This document shows positions 19,944-29,628 of a DNA stretch of 64,000 nt, piece after piece. Under the pieces are notes generated by a model, which searched no databases, was not told the DNA's origin, and worked only from the letters and a program-made list of their open reading frames with translations. Position numbers and translations under genes: made by a program. Source of the stretch: Smithella sp. (lineage in GTDB: Bacteria > Desulfobacterota > Syntrophia > Syntrophales > Smithellaceae); contig JAGPFC010000001.1 in the NCBI GenBank assembly GCA_018056685.1, forward strand, positions 132,178 to 196,177, written 5' to 3'. How positions within the stretch are numbered: position 1 is the first letter of the stretch; each line of letters opens with the position of its first letter.

Positions 19944-20660
19944 TTAAGATTCCTGCAATGACGTCCTGAAGAGTTCGGGGAGTACTTTACCAGCCGCGTC
20001 CCGTATAGCTTCATCATACAGGAAGGACATGTCGTTCGCTTCGGGATTGATTTCAATGCATCGGGCACGGTTCTCTTTGGCAAATCGTGGAAATCCCGCT
20101 GCAGGATAAACAATACCGGAGGTCCCGATGCTTACAAAAAGATCGCAGCGCCTGATCACGGCAACAGCCTTGTTAAGCACATCCTGATGGAGGGCGTCTC
20201 CAAACCAGACAATATCCGGCCTGAGCCAATTTCCGCATTTTTCGCATCGATAGTTTCTATATTTTTCACCTGTTTCTTCTGATATGCCAACACAGGGACA
20301 ATACACGCGCCAGAGACTTCCGTGCAATTCAATAACATTCCGACTTCCGGCCCTCTGATGCATTCCGTCAATGTTTTGCGTCACCACGGTGATCCCCGGA
20401 TGCATCTTTTCTAATGCCGCAATGGTTTTATGTCCCGCATGGGGCTTACAGGCCAGCACCGCCGCCCGCCTCAACTCATGAAATTTTAAAACCTTCTCAG
20501 GATCGGCATCAAACGCTTCCTGACAGGCGTACTCCTCCCATCGATACCGGTTCCAGATGCCGCCGCGGCCCCGGTACGTGGGAACACCGCTTTCCGCAGA
20601 CATGCCTGCGCCGGTAAAAAAGACGATATGCTTATATTGACGGGGATTGATCGTTTCCAT
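19944..20660 (-). CDS. cobB: NAD-dependent protein deacylase, Sir2 family (CobB-type)
   Basis: GAGMSAESGVPTYRG, QNIDGMH, ELHGS, Zn ribbon CPC...CEKCG. Start set at METINPRQ (tracked ORF extends to 20765). Confidence 0.85.
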   Translation of the reverse strand: METINPRQYKHIVFFTGAGMSAESGVPTYRGRGGIWNRYRWEEYACQEAFDADPEKVLKFHELRRAAVLACKPHAGHKTIAALEKMHPGITVVTQNIDGMHQRAGSRNVIELHGSLWRVYCPCVGISEETGEKYRNYRCEKCGNWLRPDIVWFGDALHQDVLNKAVAVIRRCDLFVSIGTSGIVYPAAGFPRFAKENRARCIEINPEANDMSFLYDEAIRDAAGKVLPELFRTSLQES

Positions 20661-20819
20661 CTTTCGGACTTCCTGAAAAAACATTACGATGACCCTTGAA
20701 GCATCAGCATAATGAACATCGCGCCAATCGTCAAGAAAACATCGTCTGAAGAAATGTATGGACAAAAAACATAAAATTTTTCATTATAAAGCATAAAAAA
20801 ATTTGCCGGAGGGAATCGT

Positions 20820-21179
20820 ATGGAACGGGTATATTTCACCGAGCACAAAGGAAAAAAGTTTCTTTTTATCGATATGTCTAAGTGCGAGGATAAAGAGCTT
20901 CTTGCGGTCATTGAGAAAGCAAAAGGAATCATTCAGAATCAGCCGGAAAAATCGGTCTGCACGCTTACGGACGTCAGCGATTCCCGGTTCAATCCTGAGC
21001 TGACCGATGCCATGAAGAAATACGTTGCCGGTAACAAACCCTATGTGCTTGCGGCGGCCGTGGTCGGTGTAACCGGCATGAAACAGTTTATAGCCAACAC
21101 GATCATGCGATTTACAGGCAGGAAATTAATGCTGTTCGATACGACGGAATTGGCCAAGGAATGGCTGGCAAAACAATAA
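20820..21179 (+). CDS. small STAS/SpoIIAA-like protein, function unknown
   Basis: 119-aa ORF with alpha/beta pattern; the family call is a weak by-eye impression. Confidence 0.35.
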   Translation: MERVYFTEHKGKKFLFIDMSKCEDKELLAVIEKAKGIIQNQPEKSVCTLTDVSDSRFNPELTDAMKKYVAGNKPYVLAAAVVGVTGMKQFIANTIMRFTGRKLMLFDTTELAKEWLAKQ

Positions 21180-21412
21180 AAGAAGGTATGATCAGCGTCC
21201 ATAAACAACCCCGCCGCAAGCAGCGGGGTATCCAAAAGAATTTGCGCCCCAAGGCGCGGGGAATTAGACCCACATTTATCCCGCTCGGCCTATAGTGACC
21301 TTTTGGTTATTCGTTTCTGAAATTTGGGTCTCATTAAATTCACCATCAGGGCCATTGCTCTGCAGATGTAACCATCAGGTACGGCACATCTGAACCTTCC
21401 GGCCCGGAACGC

Positions 21413-22264
21413 TTAATTATATCCCTCGTCGTAAGCGATCATATCCAGATGCAGGGTTGCGATATCTTCGACATCCATATTGGGTTCTTCACTGGATTTA
21501 GGCAATTCCACGGTTTTGACATAACGCCGGCATTTATTACAGACATCCACCCGGTAACGTTCCTCACCTTCGACTTCAAAATACGCCAGGGAGTGTTGTT
21601 CATCATTACCGCAAAACGGGCATTTGATGCGTTGAAAATGCCATTTAAAACCGCATTGATGACAAAACAGATATCGTTTCCCGTCTTCCTCTTCTCTGAT
21701 TTCTCCAATCTTCGGTTCTTTACCGCAAATGGGACAGTAGCCTTCTGACCATTCATATTTTTTAACAACATCTTCGTATTTCCGGGCAATAAATTCCAGT
21801 TCCGGTCTCAGGCTTTCTTCCAGAAAAAGTTCAATCAGGTCTATATTATTTTCCTCTTCGTGATTTTCCTGCGCTTCCGCGGTTTCATGGTCTTCGGTCT
21901 TGCAATCGAAAGAAGCGCGAATATTTTTTTCCCAGTCAAAATCAGAGTTTTTTATGATATCCGCTATGTTCTGTGACACTTCGGGGATCCTTTTATCCGC
22001 AATGGAAATCAGGGAATCAAAATAATTCCTGGGTTTGGTTAAATCATATTGCTTTCCCATCAAATCAATCAGGGGAAGGCCACCCTGCATTTTCTGAAAA
22101 ATTAAATTTTCATCCACACTAAAAACAGAATCCTTCATATTGTTGAGATATTCTTCCCGCAAAATCAGGATATCTGCCATGATGTCCAGCAGCTCCGTGT
22201 AATGAGGATTGGCTGATTTATAATCCTCGATGGTTTTTAAAGATTTGGGCAGTGTTGCAACCAT
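21413..22264 (-). CDS. fdhE: FdhE-like formate dehydrogenase accessory protein
   Basis: 283 aa; four CxxC pairs (CPICG, CHQCG, CPFCG, CNKCRRY) in the FdhE arrangement. Confidence 0.75.
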   Translation of the reverse strand: MVATLPKSLKTIEDYKSANPHYTELLDIMADILILREEYLNNMKDSVFSVDENLIFQKMQGGLPLIDLMGKQYDLTKPRNYFDSLISIADKRIPEVSQNIADIIKNSDFDWEKNIRASFDCKTEDHETAEAQENHEEENNIDLIELFLEESLRPELEFIARKYEDVVKKYEWSEGYCPICGKEPKIGEIREEEDGKRYLFCHQCGFKWHFQRIKCPFCGNDEQHSLAYFEVEGEERYRVDVCNKCRRYVKTVELPKSSEEPNMDVEDIATLHLDMIAYDEGYN

Positions 22265-22423
22265 GTTTTTACTCCTTCTCTCAAAGACTTTGATTGATCA
22301 TCCTGAATGCTGCTGAATGTTGCCGATGTTCATTAGGACAAAACTTAATGAACCTATATCTGCTTTATCATGTATCTTCAAGAAATATTTTCCATGATGG
22401 CGGAAACAAATTAAACGGTTAAT

Positions 22424-23857
22424 TTATGAAAAAAATAGAAAGGTTATGACGATAAATAGAACAAATAATATGGGTGCAGAGTATTTTAAAATGTATCCGA
22501 AAAAGCTCGGCATTCTTACACCGGCTTCTTCAGCGATGGATTTCACCATGAAATTGGGTGCGTTGCCGATATAAGTATTGGCGCCCATGAAAACCGCGCC
22601 GACCGAAATCGCTGCCAGATGAGGAATTCTTTCAACAATCAAAGCGGCGACTGCAGAGGCTTCCGGCATTCCCGGATAAAATTTCCCCAATGCGCTGTTG
22701 AAAAAAGTGAGGTAAGTTGGCGCATTGTCCAGAAAACTGGATAGGATGCCCACAGACCAGAAATATTGCGCCGGTGAGTCAATTCCTCCGATGAGCCAGT
22801 GAAGAGCGCCCTGTTCACCGGCTTTTAAAATGGTCAGTGCCGGAATAATGGTTATGAAAATCCCGGCAAAGAGATAAGCGACTTCCAGCATTGGCGCCCA
22901 GCCGAAATCATTGCTTTTACGAAATGTTTTGGGGGTCCATATCAGCGATGCCAGACCCATGACCACTAAAAATGCGTCCTTGATTAAATTTTCCAGCGTT
23001 TGATGAATTCCTAATATATTGATTTCACCTAGTTTTATGCTGCCGCTGAATAAAACAGCGCCGATAATTCCCGCGAGAAAGATAAAATTACGGCGGCCCT
23101 CTATTTTTAAAGGTTCGAATTCGGTATCAGGAATATCCATCCTGTTTTCCTTACGGTAGTAGAAAGAATCAAGCGCAAAATAAATAAGGAGTAGCATAAC
23201 GCTGGCAAAAATCATCGGCGGCAAAAGATGCATTGTCCAGAAAAAAGGAACGCCGTGCAAAAAGCCGAGGAACAGCGGAGGATCACCCAGGGGCGTCAGA
23301 GATCCGCCGATGTTACTGACCAGAAAAATGAAAAAAACAATGGTGTGTGTTTTATGAACGCGCCAGGCATTGGAACGCAGGAGGGGACGTATCAACAGCA
23401 TGGACGCTCCCGTGGTGCCGACAACAGAAGCCAGGAGGGTGCCGATGAGCAGCACGACGGTGTTTACGGCAGGCGTGCCTTTCAATGTTCCCCGGACGTA
23501 AATGCCTCCGGATACAGTAAACAATGCCCAGAGCAGCAGGATAAAAGGGACGTAGTCGATGAGGATAATATGCGCTATTTCATGGAGAGCCGTTTCTCTG
23601 AAGAAATAGACAAAAGGCAAAGCGAAAACGATAGCCCAAAAAGCCGACACCTTTGGAAAATGGCGGTGCCAGAAACGGGGTAAGACAAGTGGGATCAGGG
23701 CGATGGAAAGCAAAATACCGACAAAAGGGAGAACGGACCAGATGGGTAGCACAGAGCCTAAAGGGGTTGCCTGATCTTCAGCAAAACATGCAGAAGATAG
23801 GGGCATCAAAAATAATATTGCTGATAAAATATGAAGAGTGCGTTTCATAAAACCCAC
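22424..23857 (-). CDS. polytopic ion transporter (ArsB/NhaD-superfamily, sodium:proton antiporter-like)
   Basis: 477 aa, more than 10 TM segments; GTG start at 23857 or ATG at 23848. Confidence 0.5.
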   Translation of the reverse strand: MGFMKRTLHILSAILFLMPLSSACFAEDQATPLGSVLPIWSVLPFVGILLSIALIPLVLPRFWHRHFPKVSAFWAIVFALPFVYFFRETALHEIAHIILIDYVPFILLLWALFTVSGGIYVRGTLKGTPAVNTVVLLIGTLLASVVGTTGASMLLIRPLLRSNAWRVHKTHTIVFFIFLVSNIGGSLTPLGDPPLFLGFLHGVPFFWTMHLLPPMIFASVMLLLIYFALDSFYYRKENRMDIPDTEFEPLKIEGRRNFIFLAGIIGAVLFSGSIKLGEINILGIHQTLENLIKDAFLVVMGLASLIWTPKTFRKSNDFGWAPMLEVAYLFAGIFITIIPALTILKAGEQGALHWLIGGIDSPAQYFWSVGILSSFLDNAPTYLTFFNSALGKFYPGMPEASAVAALIVERIPHLAAISVGAVFMGANTYIGNAPNFMVKSIAEEAGVRMPSFFGYILKYSAPILFVLFIVITFLFFS

Positions 23858-23875
23858 GAGGCACCGAAGAAAAAT

Positions 23876-24286
23876 TTATTGTTCCGGAACGACCAAAACA
23901 GGCAATGAAACTTGATCAATAATATTAACATCGGTGCTGTCAAACAGAGCCGCGTAGAGCTTTCCTCTATTTTTATGACCGATGACGATCAAATCAATAT
24001 TGTTTCCATAGGCGTATTGAAGAATTTCTTCCGCTGTATCCCCTTTGGATACGGCATAAATAATTTTCAAACCCTCCAATAAAGATTCAGGGATAAGTTC
24101 TTTGACTCTCAGAGCGACAGCATCTTCTCTGTCCGTTGGATGACGATAGCCGGCTTCAATATCGTTGACGTACAGGATATGGATCGGACAATTGAAAAAT
24201 TGCGCGACTTCCAATGCTTTTTCTAAAGAAGTAATCTTTTGCGAATCCAGATCAATTGGATATAATATATTTTTAAAATTGAGCAT
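23876..24286 (-). CDS. universal stress protein (UspA family)
   Basis: NILYPIDLD...IHILYV...LIVIGHKNRG...SLPVLVV pattern. Start set at MLNFKN (SD gggagg) because the predicted promoter overlaps the tracked start 24307. Confidence 0.75.
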   Translation of the reverse strand: MLNFKNILYPIDLDSQKITSLEKALEVAQFFNCPIHILYVNDIEAGYRHPTDREDAVALRVKELIPESLLEGLKIIYAVSKGDTAEEILQYAYGNNIDLIVIGHKNRGKLYAALFDSTDVNIIDQVSLPVLVVPEQ

Positions 24287-24309
24287 ATCTACCTCCCAAT
24301 CTTGCAAAG

Positions 24310-24337
24310 ATTATATCTTATCAACAACCTGCGTCAA
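24310..24337 (-). promoter_or_regulatory. sigma-70 promoter of usp (TTGACG-16-TATAAT)
   Basis: Reverse complement reads TTGACG caggttgttgataaga TATAAT. Confidence 0.55.
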
Positions 24338-24456
24338 TCTTGTATGATGAATCAATTTGTGTGCTGTCCTATATTTGACTTGAATAGATTGCCCCTCCAG
24401 GGTTTCCTTCATATCCTGACCATTTCTGCAAGGAGCAAAACCACAATACGGTCGTT

Positions 24457-24501
24457 AAAATTGAAATAATAGAATCCCGCTCTTTAAGAGACACGGGATT
24501 C
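24457..24501 (-). terminator. terminator of enoyl-CoA hydratase gene 1
   Basis: 8-bp stem gaatcccg/cgggattc; on the minus strand followed by tattatttcaatttt. Confidence 0.55.
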
Positions 24502-24562
24502 CATCATACTTTGATTTATATAAAGAACGTTCCCTTGATGAACAAAGGGTTCACGTTGTTAT

Positions 24563-25330
24563 CTAAACGGTTGATTTTAACCCGGATGCCAGAGTGATCA
24601 GAACCTGATTCCTGTCTTCCATATTCAATGCCTGCTCCATGCCGCCGGCATCCAGATTCATATTAATGGCTTCCTTCGTCAGCCTTAAGGCAAAGTGATT
24701 CTTGCTGAGCATGGTTCGGGCTATTTGCAGGCCGGTGGCATACAGGTCTTCGCGGGGAACAATCCTGCTGATCATCCCCAGGTTCATTGCCTCTTCGCTG
24801 GATATAAATTCACCCAGATACATAATCTCATAGGCCCGACCGGCGCCAATGATGCGCGGCAGGAGATAGCTGCAGCACATATCCGCTCCGCCCAGACCGA
24901 TGTTAATATAAGCGGCACAGAACCGGGCATCGGGCGATATGATGCGGATATCGGAAGCCAAAGCAAAACTGAATCCCACGCCGGCCGCCGCTCCGTGAAT
25001 CAGGCCGATGATGGGCTGGGGAGCCCTGCGCATGGCAAGATTTAAGCGTCCCAGACGGGCCTGAAACTTGTAGAACTCATTGGCTTGACGAAACAGATCC
25101 ATGTTTTCAACGGTGTACTTCATGTCCAAGCCGGCGCAAAATCCTTTTTCACCGTTGCCTTTTAAGATGATGACCAGGGTCTCGAGATCATACAAACGCG
25201 TATGCCAGAAAGCCTGCAATTCGTCCAACATTTCACCATTGACCGAGTTGTAGGCCTTGGGACGGTTTAGAGTCAGAACGCCCAATCCTTTTTCAACAAT
25301 CTCCCATTGAATCGTATTATATTGTTCCAT
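24563..25330 (-). CDS. enoyl-CoA hydratase/isomerase family protein (crotonase fold), copy 1
   Basis: 255 aa; LNRPKAYNS, GFCAGLDM, GAAAGVG oxyanion-hole blocks. Confidence 0.8.
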   Translation of the reverse strand: MEQYNTIQWEIVEKGLGVLTLNRPKAYNSVNGEMLDELQAFWHTRLYDLETLVIILKGNGEKGFCAGLDMKYTVENMDLFRQANEFYKFQARLGRLNLAMRRAPQPIIGLIHGAAAGVGFSFALASDIRIISPDARFCAAYINIGLGGADMCCSYLLPRIIGAGRAYEIMYLGEFISSEEAMNLGMISRIVPREDLYATGLQIARTMLSKNHFALRLTKEAINMNLDAGGMEQALNMEDRNQVLITLASGLKSTV

Positions 25331-25442
25331 GTAGGTTCTCCTTTCCTATGCTAATTCTCTTGCGTCGTCCGGCATCTCAACTAACTATTTCTGTACCTTT
25401 GATTTTACGATTTATAAAATCACTGCACCGCTAAGCGGGTTG

Positions 25443-25471
25443 AGTATAAGAGAGTGGTTGTTGAGTGTCAA
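25443..25471 (-). promoter_or_regulatory. sigma-70 promoter of hydratase 1 (TTGACA-17-TATACT) with conserved spacer
   Basis: Reverse complement reads TTGACA ctcaacaaccactctct TATACT; nearly identical to the module at 29455-29483. Confidence 0.6.
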
Positions 25472-25552
25472 GGAGATTTGGATACAAATTACAAAGCATG
25501 CGATCGTCTAAGGATTGATTTCAATCAGCCTAAGCGGTGCAGATGTCCCTAT

Positions 25553-27529
25553 TCATTTAGGCGTCACAATCGGGAAAGTATCGTTCGCTTTATCAAAAAG
25601 AGAAAAAAAACGCATTAGGTCTATTTTATTGCCGTTAATTTTCAGGTCATCTGAAAACAGGGTGTCTTTGATGCCTGCCTTGCCGACCAGCATTTTCAAA
25701 AAAAGCGGTTTGGTCAGTGTCATTGTTGTGTTGGCATCAGAAACCGGCTGTGATGATCTGTGATGCAGGACAGCATTTTCAATCCATAGAACAAAAGTTT
25801 CCCCCGTATCGCTGAATACCAAATTGATTTTTAAATTTTTATCTTCAGCAGCAGGTCCGTCAAGACTTGCGGCCATTGCTTCAAGAAAATATTCAGTCGG
25901 TGTGTTGTCTAGAATATCAATCGCCTTTGCCCTGTTGTATCCCATTTTGGGTGGCCCCTGTCGTAGTTCATGGGCGGCCGTTAAATAGCTGTTGCGCCAG
26001 ATAGCTGATTCACACATGTAGCCCATCTGTTCATAGGTACGGGCAAGCAATTCCTTGGCTCCTTTATGTTCAGGTGCAGCATATACAACATTATTTAAAA
26101 GTTCAGCCACCCAGCGATATTCTCCCTTGTCAAAAGCTGCCTGTGCCGCGGCAGTCGCTTTGTCCGCGCCACCGATCAGATCAACATAGTGTTTGGCCGA
26201 TTCCTGCGGTGGAAGGAGATTGAGATTAGCCGGATTACCGTCATAAAAACCGATATAATGCTGATAGACAGCCTTCACATTGTGGCGCAAAGCTCCATAG
26301 TAGCCGCGTGCGCCAAAGCAGGATTCCAGAGACTTCGGCAGTTTGATTTTATCGGCAATTTCCCGCGGCGTATAACCGGCATTAATCAGGCGCACGGTCT
26401 GGTCATGCATGTAGAGATAAACATCGCGTTGCTTTGTGATAAATTCTCTTACGCGATCCTGCCCCCAAACCGGCCAGTTATGTTGACCGAAGCACACATC
26501 CGCTTCCGCCGCATGTTCAAGTGCATCGTTAAGATAATTACCCCAGCGCAATGAATCACGCACTTTTGCTCCGCGCAGTGTCAGCAGGTTGTGCATGGTG
26601 TGCGAAAGAATCTCGGCTCCACAGTAGGCCTTTTTTTCAGGAATCGTAAAGGTGAGCTCCGCCGGGGCTTCCGCATCAGGCACATTATAAAAAACAAAAC
26701 GGACTCCATCGACCATCAGCTCCTGTTGGGCTTTGTTAATAATGATATTGGGCTTAATGATGCCGACACTACCATAGGCAACTTCTTTACCTATACCGTT
26801 GTCAACAAGACCTTTGACAGAACGATCCAGATATCTTCCATACTGATAAACGGAACGTCTGGCCATCGCGCTGCCAACCAGAATATTTTCACTGATGGCC
26901 TCTTCCAGAAAACCTTCCGGCGCGATAACGGGTAACTTGCGCTGTTCCACTTCCTGCGGTGACGTTATTCCAAGAACGCCGCCAAAATGATCAACATGGC
27001 TGTGAGTGATGATAATCGCGGATAATGGTTTTTCACCAAGGTATTTCCTGGCAAAAGCATAGGCATAGGCGGCCGTTTCACGACAGGTGAGTGTATCAAC
27101 CACAATCCATCCCGTTTTGCCTTCAATCAATGTCATGTTAGCAATGTCAAAGCCACGCAATTGGTAGATGCCATCCACAACTTTAAAAAGTCCATACTCT
27201 GTGTTGAGACTCGCGTGACGCCACAGGCTGGGATTAACGGTCAACGGCGAATCACCTGCAACAAATTTGAAATGATCAAAATCAATCAGGACAATGTCAT
27301 CTTCGTCTCGAATTTGTCCGTTTGGTTTGGCAATAAGGCCTCGTTTGGCTTCCTCAAAATCCTGAAGATCTTTGAAATTCAGTGTCTGGGCCATGTCCCG
27401 GTTTGCCGCGACGGTGATTGGCATCGCATTGCTGGAAATACCACCGACTCCTTTATCCTTAACGCAACCAGCATTCTGCATGATTGCAATCAAGGCTACC
27501 ACCAGGAGCACATTTCTTATAGGATTCAT
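25553..27529 (-). CDS. exported lipoprotein alkyl/aryl-sulfatase, metallo-beta-lactamase type (SdsA1/Bds1-like) with SCP2-like C-terminus
   Basis: 658 aa; lipobox IMQNAGC, HxHxDH motif THSHVDHFGG, long dimerisation region and C-terminal sterol-carrier-like block. Confidence 0.8.
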   Translation of the reverse strand: MNPIRNVLLVVALIAIMQNAGCVKDKGVGGISSNAMPITVAANRDMAQTLNFKDLQDFEEAKRGLIAKPNGQIRDEDDIVLIDFDHFKFVAGDSPLTVNPSLWRHASLNTEYGLFKVVDGIYQLRGFDIANMTLIEGKTGWIVVDTLTCRETAAYAYAFARKYLGEKPLSAIIITHSHVDHFGGVLGITSPQEVEQRKLPVIAPEGFLEEAISENILVGSAMARRSVYQYGRYLDRSVKGLVDNGIGKEVAYGSVGIIKPNIIINKAQQELMVDGVRFVFYNVPDAEAPAELTFTIPEKKAYCGAEILSHTMHNLLTLRGAKVRDSLRWGNYLNDALEHAAEADVCFGQHNWPVWGQDRVREFITKQRDVYLYMHDQTVRLINAGYTPREIADKIKLPKSLESCFGARGYYGALRHNVKAVYQHYIGFYDGNPANLNLLPPQESAKHYVDLIGGADKATAAAQAAFDKGEYRWVAELLNNVVYAAPEHKGAKELLARTYEQMGYMCESAIWRNSYLTAAHELRQGPPKMGYNRAKAIDILDNTPTEYFLEAMAASLDGPAAEDKNLKINLVFSDTGETFVLWIENAVLHHRSSQPVSDANTTMTLTKPLFLKMLVGKAGIKDTLFSDDLKINGNKIDLMRFFSLFDKANDTFPIVTPK

Positions 27530-27750
27530 GTTCAGTCCTTTCCGTTTATTAATGCCGTTGATATAAACTCTCTATTTCATCTGTCTTCATAGTTCTTCTG
27601 GTTCATTTCCACAAGCCATTCATTTATCCGTGATGGTTCAACAATTAGCCTGTCGCCAGCATCACGAAAAAAGGCATGCCCTTCCATGCATGGGGGAAAA
27701 GGCAATAGCCACAAAAATGATGACTGTTCCCTTTTTCTTTTGTCGCCTTT

Positions 27751-28002
27751 TCACCAGCTAAAGGTAAAATCGCCGCCTATGCTATTGTTCGGAACTGATG
27801 TTTCGGTGTAACCGGTCAGTTTCATGACGCCATTGTATAGGAAATCGATGTTGCCCGCTGTGTCCACCCACCAGTTGGCAAACAGGTTATCGAATTCGTT
27901 CCCCGGACCGACCCCTCCGCCGCCGCAACCAAAAATCATGACCATAACCAGAAACATCAATCCGAACCATCCCATCTTGAACCTTCCCCTTATCGTTTTC
28001 AT
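27751..28002 (-). CDS. small lipoprotein, unknown function
   Basis: 83 aa; lipobox MIFGCGGGG, SD aagggga. Confidence 0.45.
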   Translation of the reverse strand: MKTIRGRFKMGWFGLMFLVMVMIFGCGGGGVGPGNEFDNLFANWWVDTAGNIDFLYNGVMKLTGYTETSVPNNSIGGDFTFSW

Positions 28003-28165
28003 AAGAAGTCCCCTTCATTGAATATCGATTATTGATAAGAACTTCCTTTAAAAAGGGGGACCATTTACGCTCCCGCCCTTAAAGACCCATCGTAAAAATA
28101 CAACGGATTACTTTTTAATCCTTTGCCTCTCCTCTCTGGCTGTTAAAGAATGGTTTCTGAGCAAG

Positions 28166-28181
28166 TGGCATCGGCTAGGCA
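28166..28181 (+). promoter_or_regulatory. orphan sigma-54-like element TGGCAT-cggct-AGGCA
   Basis: GG/GC at the canonical spacing; there is no plus-strand ORF downstream, only two hairpins and the antisense of the crotonase gene. Confidence 0.3.
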
Positions 28182-28386
28182 ATATTCTTGATCCGGCAGC
28201 ACCTTTTCATGATTTACTCCAGAAGGTTGAGATTAAGTTGACTGGTTACTGTTTACGAAAATTTTCTATTTTCTTTTTATGGAGAAACGTACAACAAGTC
28301 CACGACTTGTTGTTCTGCGTTGAATTATGCCGGGAAAGACCGGTTGATAGATTTGAATTTTGCTGAGTTTTTCGACGGGGTTCAGG

Positions 28387-28414
28387 ACAGGCGCTTGCCG
28401 AAGCAAGCGCCTGT
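28387..28414 (-). terminator. GC-rich 12-bp hairpin (UUCG loop on the minus strand) after crotonase gene 2
   Basis: acaggcgcttgc-cgaa-gcaagcgcctgt, 23 nt after the stop; no U tract. A second 10-bp hairpin lies at about 28290-28313. Confidence 0.5.
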
Positions 28415-28436
28415 TCACCTACCATCAAGTTATACG

Positions 28437-29204
<768 letters not shown>

Positions 29205-29454
29205 GATAGTCCTCCTTGTGTGGTATTGGTTGATTCCACCCGGCCGAAAAGCCGTGGGAACCGGTAATCAATTATCTTCCGATCATTTTGAACGAGCCGT
29301 TAATGATGTCGTGCCCGGACGTTAGAAAATCGAAGCTTTTCTTGTTTACAGCACCGCCAGCCTAAAACAGACGCGGGCAGTCCCGTGATTCATGGCGTCT
29401 GATCCTGGAAAAGCGATTTTCTTTATGTCATTGATGTTGATTACAGCGCGGTGG

Positions 29455-29483
29455 AGTATAAGAGACAGGTTGTTGTATGTCAA
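29455..29483 (-). promoter_or_regulatory. sigma-70 promoter of crotonase 2 (TTGACA-17-TATACT) with conserved spacer
   Basis: Reverse complement reads TTGACA tacaacaacctgtctct TATACT; implies a leader of about 245 nt. Confidence 0.55.
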
Positions 29484-29503
29484 GGGGATTTTGGGGGATT
29501 TTG
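29484..29503. repeat. perfect tandem 10-mer GGGGATTTTG x2 abutting the -35 box
   Basis: Read directly. Confidence 0.8.
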
Positions 29504-29628
29504 GCAGAACAGGATGTTATCGCCCCTGAATGACCTTGAAATTTGGTGTGCAAAGTATTAGTCTACGTTAAACAGAGGATGATTTTTCCATTGTAATAAA
29601 TAATAAAGAAACTAGGAGGTTCCCCGTC

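Noticed and set aside
19944-20660. Sir2 protein as an antiphage (Thoeris/DSR/SIR2-HerA-like) effector
   Set aside because: It is a short canonical CobB-type sirtuin with a Zn ribbon and catalytic His. It has no fused or adjacent sensor, HerA or TIR partner, and the DUF853 ATPase is 23 kb away.
21209-21257. Possible degenerate CRISPR repeats (CCCCGC...GCGGGG stems resembling type I-E repeats)
   Set aside because: There are only two stems, they differ in sequence, they are 16 nt apart rather than spacer-length apart, and no cas genes or leader are present. I kept this only as a structured-spacer observation.
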